DNA of 64,000 nt. It comes from Candidatus Tayloriibacteriota bacterium (GTDB lineage: Bacteria > Patescibacteriota > Minisyncoccia > Phycocordibacterales > PALSA-1337). This document shows, piece by piece, positions 57,607 to 64,000 of the stretch. How positions within the stretch are numbered: position 1 is the first letter of the stretch; each line of letters begins with the position of its first letter. Below the pieces are notes generated by a model, which was not told where the DNA came from, made no database searches, and was given only the letters and a program-made list of their open reading frames with translations. The DNA lies in NCBI GenBank assembly GCA_052034805.1, contig JBPOID010000005.1, positions 50,984 to 114,983 on the forward strand, written 5' to 3'. The position numbers and the translations under genes were made by a program.

Positions 57607-58791
57607 ATGCCAAACATAACACCAGATATAGAAGCATTCGCTAGAATAAAAGTTATCGGAGTTGGAGGTTCAGGAAAGAACGCTGTGAATCATATGATCA
57701 ATTCCAAAGTAAAAGGTGTTGATTTTATCGCGGTAAACACTGATGCTCAAGACTTGCATCATTCATTAGCAAAAAAGCGTATTCATATAGGGAAAAATCT
57801 AACAAGAGGTCTGGGTACAGGCATGAATCCAGAAATGGGTAAAAGAGCAGTAGAAGAAAGCAAAGAAGAAGTACAAGAAGCTATAAAGGGTGCGGATATG
57901 GTATTTGTGGCTGGAGGATTGGGCGGAGGCACATGTAGTGGAGCAAGTCCTGTTATAGCGAGAACAGCCAAGGAACTCGGTGCTCTTACAGTAGCTGTTG
58001 TAACTAGACCATTTTTCTTCGAAGGACAACAAAGATCAAAAATAGCAGAATCAGCATTAGAAGATTTAAGAAAAGAAGTTGACGCTATTATAGTTATACC
58101 TAATGATAGACTTCTATCTACAATAGACAAAAACACTACAGTAAAGAATGCTTTCGCAATATGTGATGAAATATTACGCCAAGCAGTAGAAGGCATATCT
58201 GATCTTATAACAACTCCTGGAATCATAAATATAGACTTTGCAGATATAAGAACTGTTATGGAAAATGCTGGTTCAGCTCTCATGGGTATAGGTTCAGCAT
58301 CAGGAGAAAATCGTGCAATAGAGGCAGCAAAGCTCGCTATAAACTCCCCATTATTAGATATATCTATACATGGAGCAAAAGGAGTTCTATTCTCAATAGC
58401 TGGTGGTGAAGATCTAACAATGTTCGAAATACAAGACGCAGCGAAAGTTATTACAGAATCCATAGATCCTCAAGCAAAAGTTATATTCGGTACAGTTAGA
58501 GATGATAAGCTAAAGAAAAATGAAGTAAAAGTAACCGTTATAGCTGCGGGTTTCCTAGGTAATACAAAAGAAGGCGTTACAAAAGAATCACCAAATACAA
58601 AGATAGAAAATATATCAATACAAGCAGATATTACAGCAAAAGAAGAAAAGAAAGGTAAAATCTTTAATAACATATCAACACCAATAAAAGAGAAAGTATT
58701 GGTTGAAGAAAAGAAAGAAATCAAAAATAGTGATGATGACGATGATTGGGGTGCGGTACCGGCTTTCTTGAGGAGATCAAAATTGAAATAA
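57607..58791 (+). CDS. ftsZ: Cell division protein FtsZ
   Basis: IKVIGVGG, GLGGGTCSG, INIDFAD, C-terminal VPAFLR. Confidence 0.97.
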   Translation: MPNITPDIEAFARIKVIGVGGSGKNAVNHMINSKVKGVDFIAVNTDAQDLHHSLAKKRIHIGKNLTRGLGTGMNPEMGKRAVEESKEEVQEAIKGADMVFVAGGLGGGTCSGASPVIARTAKELGALTVAVVTRPFFFEGQQRSKIAESALEDLRKEVDAIIVIPNDRLLSTIDKNTTVKNAFAICDEILRQAVEGISDLITTPGIINIDFADIRTVMENAGSALMGIGSASGENRAIEAAKLAINSPLLDISIHGAKGVLFSIAGGEDLTMFEIQDAAKVITESIDPQAKVIFGTVRDDKLKKNEVKVTVIAAGFLGNTKEGVTKESPNTKIENISIQADITAKEEKKGKIFNNISTPIKEKVLVEEKKEIKNSDDDDDWGAVPAFLRRSKLK

Positions 58792-58796
58792 TCTTT

Positions 58797-59080
58797 AGAA
58801 AATTGGACTTGGCATACAAGAAAATCGGTTCGCCGATCTTGCGGTCGGAAGCTCTTTTTCTTTACTCCGTACACTCGTAAAGAAAAAGACTTCCTCCCCG
58901 TCGGCTCACACGATTTTCTAGTTTACAATATTACATACTAGAAAATTGAGACTTGGCACGGTGCGCAGAACTTTCTTTTTAGTCGCTTGTCGATAAAAAG
59001 AAAGTTTACTGCGCACGCAAGTAGCCAAGTCCAATTTTCTCGTATACGAACCGATTTTCTTAGATACGGACCAATTTTCT
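58797..59080. repeat. Dispersed double-hairpin element, copy 2 (module A 58819-58919, variant module B 58940-59040)
   Basis: Module A near-identical to copies 1 and 3; module B has the same arms but a different apical hairpin. Confidence 0.92.
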
Positions 59081-59106
59081 ACAGACTATGCTAAAATACT
59101 ATCATT

Positions 59107-60030
59107 ATGATATATGATCTTATAATAATAGGTGGCGGACCAGCAGGAGTTGGAGCAGGTGTATACGCCGCTAGAAAGGAATTAAAAACTTTATTTATAA
59201 CAAAGGATTGGAATAGCCAAAGTACAGTTTCAACTGGAATAGAAAATTGGATAGGAACCATAAAGATATCCGGAGAAGATTTCGCAAAAAGCCTAGAAAA
59301 TCATCTAAGAGCTTATGCAAAAGAATTCGTAGATATACATACAGGTGAAAGCTGTGAAAATATAGAAAGAAACGATAATTTATTTAATATAAAAACATCC
59401 AAAGGCAATTATTCAGCAAAAACAGTACTAATAACCATAGGAAGCTTCCGTAAGAAATTAGAAATAAAAGGAGCAGATGTATTCGAACATAAAGGACTTA
59501 CATATTGCGCATCATGTGATGGACCATTATTCAGAGATCAAGATGTAATAGTAGTAGGTGGCGGTAATGCAGCATTCGAAAGTGCATCTCAACTATTAGC
59601 ATATTGCAAAAGCGTGACTCTGATAAATCGTAGTGACAAATTCCGTGCAGATCCCATAACCATAGATACCGTTTCGAAAAATTCTCATTTCAAAATAATT
59701 ACAAATGCAATACCGAAAGAAGTTAAGGGTGACAAATTCGTAAAGTCTTTTGTATATACAGATTCAAGTAATGGTAAGGATGTAGAAATACCAGCTACAG
59801 GCATTTTCGTAGAAATAGGTTCATTACCTACAACATATTTCGCAAAAGATTTGGTAAAACTAGATCAATGGAATCATATAGTAGTGGATCCTAGGGATCA
59901 GAGAACATCTGTAGAAGGTATATGGTCTGCTGGAGATTGTACTGATGGTCTTTATCATCAGAATAATATAGCTACAGGAGATGGTGTAAAAGCTCTAGAG
60001 GATATATATCTTTTCTTAAAAACAAAGTAA
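59107..60030 (+). CDS. trxB: Thioredoxin reductase-like FAD oxidoreductase
   Basis: GGGPAG, YCASCDG, GGGNAA, SAGD. Confidence 0.9.
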   Translation: MIYDLIIIGGGPAGVGAGVYAARKELKTLFITKDWNSQSTVSTGIENWIGTIKISGEDFAKSLENHLRAYAKEFVDIHTGESCENIERNDNLFNIKTSKGNYSAKTVLITIGSFRKKLEIKGADVFEHKGLTYCASCDGPLFRDQDVIVVGGGNAAFESASQLLAYCKSVTLINRSDKFRADPITIDTVSKNSHFKIITNAIPKEVKGDKFVKSFVYTDSSNGKDVEIPATGIFVEIGSLPTTYFAKDLVKLDQWNHIVVDPRDQRTSVEGIWSAGDCTDGLYHQNNIATGDGVKALEDIYLFLKTK

Positions 60031-60035
60031 TTTGT

Positions 60036-60312
60036 TAGAAAATTGGTTCGCCTATTAGAAAATTGGACTTGGTATACAAGAAAATCGGCTCGCCGATCTT
60101 GCGGTCGGAAGCTCTTTTTCTTTACTCCGTACACTCGTAAAGAAAAAGACTTCCTCCCCGTCGGCTCACACAATTTTCTAGTTTGTAATATTCCATACTA
60201 GAAAATTGAGACTTAGCACGGTGCGGGAGCCTTTCCGTAACGGAAGTGGAGGAAAGGTCTCACGCACGCAAGATGCCAAGTTCAATTTTCTAATAGGCGA
60301 ACCGATTTTCTA
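60036..60312. repeat. Dispersed double-hairpin element, copy 3 (module A 60079-60179, module B 60200-60291) with 37-bp terminal inverted repeats
   Basis: tagaaaattggttcgcctattagaaaattggacttgg versus ccaagttcaattttctaataggcgaaccgattttcta (2 mismatches). Confidence 0.92.
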
Positions 60313-60334
60313 TTTTACAATATAGGAAAATTTA

Positions 60335-60904
60335 TTAAATGCACTTCTTCCACAGTCCTTTCTTTGTCTTTTTTGCTATTGCTTCTGCTTCTTTGAATTC
60401 TTTTTGATATTTATATTTTTCTTTATTGAAAGTATATTCATAAGCAAAGCCATTTTCTATCATATATTGATTATAGAATAATCCATTAGACAATCTCGCA
60501 TAGGCCAATACTCTTCCATATTTATCATAATCTCCGGAAGTATTACTTTTATTTATATCTCTTTCTAGGAAGACATAATTATGCAAAAGAATGCTTTTTG
60601 CTTTATCTGAAGCTTCCCTACCATAACATTGAACTGTCTTTCTGGGATCTAAAGTTTCTGGAGTATCTATACCTAAAAGTCTTATAGTAATATCTTTATT
60701 ATCTATATTAATAACAAATGTATCACCGTCTAATACTTCTTTAATATTATATGATTTATCTTTATCTATAAAATTAGCTTTATTATGTGATTTATTATAA
60801 TTAGATTTTTCAAAGAATAGGATAATGAAAATTATTAGAAAAATAAAAAAAGCCAATAAAATATATCCTATAAATAATTTTATTTTCTCTATATTTATAT
60901 TCAT
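60335..60904 (-). CDS. Membrane-anchored thermonuclease (SNase family)
   Basis: VLDGDT, IRLLGIDTPE, DKYGRVLAY, KKGLW; start reassigned to ATG 60904. Confidence 0.92.
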   Translation of the reverse strand: MNINIEKIKLFIGYILLAFFIFLIIFIILFFEKSNYNKSHNKANFIDKDKSYNIKEVLDGDTFVINIDNKDITIRLLGIDTPETLDPRKTVQCYGREASDKAKSILLHNYVFLERDINKSNTSGDYDKYGRVLAYARLSNGLFYNQYMIENGFAYEYTFNKEKYKYQKEFKEAEAIAKKTKKGLWKKCI

Positions 60905-60933
60905 AAAAAATAGTAAATAAAAATAATAATGAA

Positions 60934-61133
60934 TAAAAAAACCGGCTAGGACATTGTCCAAACCAGTTATGTAATAGAGGGGAACGCATCGCACGAGCAA
61001 AGAAGGTGCAATCGACTAGGATTATCCAGCAACAATCTGGATAGATCTGCCAGAGTAGCAGATCATCACCACTTTCAGTGGGAAAGAGGAAACAAAACCC
61101 ACATAATTAAGACGTACAATGCGCCCCCTCTCC
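60934..61133 (-). ncRNA. Candidate structured small RNA (about 200 nt including terminator), possibly 6S-like
   Basis: GC-rich non-coding island; 61113-61130 pairs with 60977-60995; three internal hairpins; promoter TTGCTC-N18-TATTAT (61138-61167); terminator 60934-60968. Confidence 0.55.
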
Positions 61134-61210
61134 TATAATAATAACAAGAATACAATATAGGGAGCAATGAAAAGATATCCCCATTTATTCCACAAGTTAT
61201 TAGATTTCGC

Positions 61211-61660
61211 CTATTGACTATCTACCTTTGAAAGAATACCTATTTTTAGACTTGAAAGCTCATTTGCTGGTCTTCTCTCCCCACCATGTTGATCTCCAAA
61301 GAGTGTTGAACCATCTATTCCACATACCTTTACTATATTATCTACACCACCGGGATGTTTGTTAACGAAAGATGTCAAATCATATACCCCACCATTAACA
61401 GTAGTCCAACAATCGGAAGAAGTTTTGTGTTTCGCTATATCTGCTAAAGTATATTTCTTCTCTGTTGTTGATGTATTATTTGTTGTGGAAGTATCATTCT
61501 TTGTATCAGAAGGATTTGTAGAAACTGAACTATTATCAGTTGAAGTATTTGTATTATCTATTACTTTATTCTCTGTTGATGAAGAATTCTTCATTCCTAT
61601 AACTAAAGCTCCAATAACTATTAATATAATTAATACTATCCAAATTATTTTTTTATTCAT
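61211..61660 (-). CDS. Membrane-anchored cytochrome b5-like heme-binding protein
   Basis: YTLADIAKH...DCW...VYDLTSFVNKHPGG...QH. Confidence 0.88.
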   Translation of the reverse strand: MNKKIIWIVLIILIVIGALVIGMKNSSSTENKVIDNTNTSTDNSSVSTNPSDTKNDTSTTNNTSTTEKKYTLADIAKHKTSSDCWTTVNGGVYDLTSFVNKHPGGVDNIVKVCGIDGSTLFGDQHGGERRPANELSSLKIGILSKVDSQ

Positions 61661-61724
61661 ATGGAAAGTATTATATCACAATCATTTTTTATTTTACTAA
61701 AAAGTTTTACTATAAAAAGAGTAG

Positions 61725-62876
61725 TTATTTTGAAAGGATTTTCTTTAGACTGAGTATTCTATAAACGCTATTATTTATATTATCCATAGAAATCTGGCCA
61801 TTATTCACTGAATCTATAATCTCATTATATGCTTCATTTATTATCTTTTCATTTGCAACATAGAGTAATATATCATTGCCCGCGAGAACAGCTTGTTTCG
61901 CGGCTTCCTTTATTCCAAATTTTGTAGTTATAGCACCCATATTCATATCATCAGTGATAATAACACCATTATAAAGAAGATCATTTCTCAATACACTGAT
62001 TATCTTTGGCGATAGAGTTGCTGGGTATTTTGCATCTATTTTAGGAAATAAAACATGACTAGTCATAACCATATATGGTTTAGACTCTTTTATAACATTT
62101 CTAAAAACTTCTATGTATTCCAATAAATCATTTTCTTTAATAGAAGATACCGGTAGAGATCTATGAGAATCAACAGAATTATTATCATGACCAGGGAAAT
62201 GTTTAACCGTAGCAGATATGCCATTATCTTGATAACCCTTTACCATAGCTATACCGAGAGATGAAACTTGTTCTTTTGTACCACGAAAAACTCTATTATA
62301 TAGAAAAGAAGATGGATTATTAATATAATCCAAAACCGGAGAAAAGTTTACATTTATACCCAATAAAGATAATTCTTTGGCTCTCTTGGAAGAAACTTCA
62401 TAAGCTTGATTATAGTCCTTTATTTTTGTCTGTGATGTCAGATCGAGATTCGGATTATTTATCCTAGAAACAATACCACCTTCCTGATCTATAGTTATAA
62501 GCAAATTCTGCTGAGAAGAACTAGTGGCTAATCCTTGCAATGAATTTATCAGAGCATGAACATCTTTCCCTTTTATATTTGAATTCATTAAAATAATAGA
62601 ACCAATTTTCTTTTCTTTTATCAATTTCTTCAATACTTCATCACTATCATTTGTATATATACCAGCAAGAAACATTTGACCAACCTTTTCTTCTAGGGAC
62701 ATTTTATCCAAAATAATACGTATATTATCTATAGGTTTTTCTATAATTTTATCTTGAACAATAGATTCTTTAGATATATATTCTGTTTTATTATTTGGAG
62801 AAAACTTTATAAATAAAAAACAAGACAGAAGGATTATCGGTATAGAAATATATAGTATTATCTTAGATAAGGGCAT
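61725..62876 (-). CDS. nagZ: GH3 beta-N-acetylhexosaminidase
   Basis: DQEGG, KHFPGH...DSH, ITDDMNMGA. Confidence 0.9.
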   Translation of the reverse strand: MPLSKIILYISIPIILLSCFLFIKFSPNNKTEYISKESIVQDKIIEKPIDNIRIILDKMSLEEKVGQMFLAGIYTNDSDEVLKKLIKEKKIGSIILMNSNIKGKDVHALINSLQGLATSSSQQNLLITIDQEGGIVSRINNPNLDLTSQTKIKDYNQAYEVSSKRAKELSLLGINVNFSPVLDYINNPSSFLYNRVFRGTKEQVSSLGIAMVKGYQDNGISATVKHFPGHDNNSVDSHRSLPVSSIKENDLLEYIEVFRNVIKESKPYMVMTSHVLFPKIDAKYPATLSPKIISVLRNDLLYNGVIITDDMNMGAITTKFGIKEAAKQAVLAGNDILLYVANEKIINEAYNEIIDSVNNGQISMDNINNSVYRILSLKKILSK

Positions 62877-62885
62877 GTAAATATA

Positions 62886-63425
62886 CTAGTTACATTTTAT
62901 ATCTTCAACATTTTGACTTTCTATTGAAGCAAACTCATCTGGTTTGTTACTAAGATTAATAATACCTTTAGTTTCAACTAATGAACAAGTATTATTATAA
63001 TTCTTATAAGAATACTTAAAATTATATGGATATTTTATAGATTTATTTGGAGTAATCCTTTCATCATAATCCAAAGAGATATTACTTTGCATTCCAGGAC
63101 CAAATATCATATTCAGATAAGGTTTTTGAGTATCAATAGGTATATTATTTATATAGAAATCTTTAATAGTAAAATCTTTAGCTGGTGTTTGTCCACTATT
63201 CTTAATATTTATATAAAATAAAACTCTATCTTTAATTACCACACCCTCCATTCTTCCTATGTATAAATAAGCTCTCAATCTAATAAATTCTTCACTTCTT
63301 TGTTGATTAATGATTGAGTAAGTTTGGCATATTGCTATTATCGCAAAGATAGCCATCACAATTGAAACAAATAGTTGAATTAACTCAATTGGAAGTTTTT
63401 TTGAAAAATCAATAAAAGCATTCAT
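62886..63425 (-). CDS. Single-TM hypothetical protein immediately downstream of tRNA-Glu
   Basis: ATG at 63425, TM, LRAYL...IKNSGQTPA motif. Confidence 0.65.
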   Translation of the reverse strand: MNAFIDFSKKLPIELIQLFVSIVMAIFAIIAICQTYSIINQQRSEEFIRLRAYLYIGRMEGVVIKDRVLFYINIKNSGQTPAKDFTIKDFYINNIPIDTQKPYLNMIFGPGMQSNISLDYDERITPNKSIKYPYNFKYSYKNYNNTCSLVETKGIINLSNKPDEFASIESQNVEDIKCN

Positions 63426-63428
63426 TTG

Positions 63429-63500
63429 TGACCCTACAGAGAATCGAACTCTGATTAATTGATTGAAAACCAATTGTCCTAACCATTAGACGATAGGGCC
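63429..63500 (-). tRNA. tRNA-Glu(TTC)
   Basis: GGCCCTA/TAGGGTC acceptor, ATTGG-TTTTCAA-TCAAT anticodon arm, GTTCGAT T-loop. Confidence 0.93.
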
Positions 63501-63582
63501 TCAGTAAATACTATAGCATTCCTTATTAAAAAAATAAAGTCTCTATATTGAACCTAATATATTAATAGTGTACCATATACCT

Positions 63583-64000
63583 ATGGGTTCAAATATACAC
63601 TTAAAAAAGAAAGCTATATCTCTACGTAAGAAAGGTATGAGTTATAATAATATAAGAAAATCCTTAGGAATAAAATCAAAAGGCACTCTTAGTTATTGGT
63701 TTAAAAATATAGAATTTTCTAAGAAAACTAAAGAATTATTAGAAAAGAATAATAGAATCGCACATGAGAAGGGTTTGTTTAATGCTAATAGAGATAGAAA
63801 AATAAAAATAGATAGAGAGAATAATGATGCATATATTAATGGGATAAAACTTATAAATTCAATCTCTAAAAATGAATTACTCTTAATAGGTACATCATTA
63901 TATTGGGCAGAAGGAACAAAATCAGAAAAAATTAATCCGGCACTTAATTTCAGTAATTCTGATCCATTAATGGTTTCAGTGTATATGAAATTTTTACGTG
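63583..64000 (+). CDS. HTH plus LAGLIDADG-like (LYWAEG) protein, runs off the window
   Basis: Manual translation: MGSNIHLKKKAISLRKKGMSYNNIRKSLGIKSKGTLSYWF...LIGTSLYWAEGTK...LNFSNSDP; paralogue of 25667-26314. Confidence 0.75.
   Translation, partial: MGSNIHLKKKAISLRKKGMSYNNIRKSLGIKSKGTLSYWFKNIEFSKKTKELLEKNNRIAHEKGLFNANRDRKIKIDRENNDAYINGIKLINSISKNELLLIGTSLYWAEGTKSEKINPALNFSNSDPLMVSVYMKFLR

Noticed and set aside
60904-61000. N-terminal extension of the thermonuclease ORF
   Set aside because: Crosses a terminator and the candidate ncRNA; ATG 60904 gives a normal TM-anchored N-terminus.

Overview
AT-rich bacterial chromosome segment using the standard genetic code. It most likely comes from a Patescibacteria/CPR (Parcubacteria-like) genome; this is inferred from the short DnaX, tandem VirB2/TrbC-like pilins after a solute-binding protein, tRNA-adjacent LYW[AG]EG LAGLIDADG-like ORFs and the near-absence of biosynthetic genes. 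It carries core genes (msrA, dnaX, dus, ftsQ, serS, dprA, topA, parB, miaA, rpmG, alr, clpB, infB, rbfA, gyrA, rpsA, pth, lepB, rpsU, ybeY, ftsA, ftsZ, trxB, nagZ) and 10 tRNA genes. No rRNA, cas gene, integrase or transposase was recognised. Main unexplained structure: (1) two gene-expression grammars coexist. Many AT-rich core genes look leaderless (-10 box, 6-7 nt, ATG). About 12 interspersed, mostly GC-richer orphan cassettes each have their own promoter, a long and usually A/CAA-rich leader, usually a Shine-Dalgarno, and an intrinsic terminator. (2) A ~280-310 bp element occurs three times, built from two back-to-back hairpins that conserve structure rather than sequence, with 20-22 bp periodic half-site arrays; two copies flank trxB. 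(3) A 38-bp duplication of the tRNA-Lys promoter and 5' end, with a 35-bp spacer. (4) HTH-LAGLIDADG-like ORFs at tRNA 5' ends. (5) A candidate ~200-nt structured ncRNA. (6) Several odd proteins: an SBP-pilin fusion, an S41 peptidase with a J-like domain, and a degenerate HisRS paralogue. All calls were made by eye; no database searches or computations were run.
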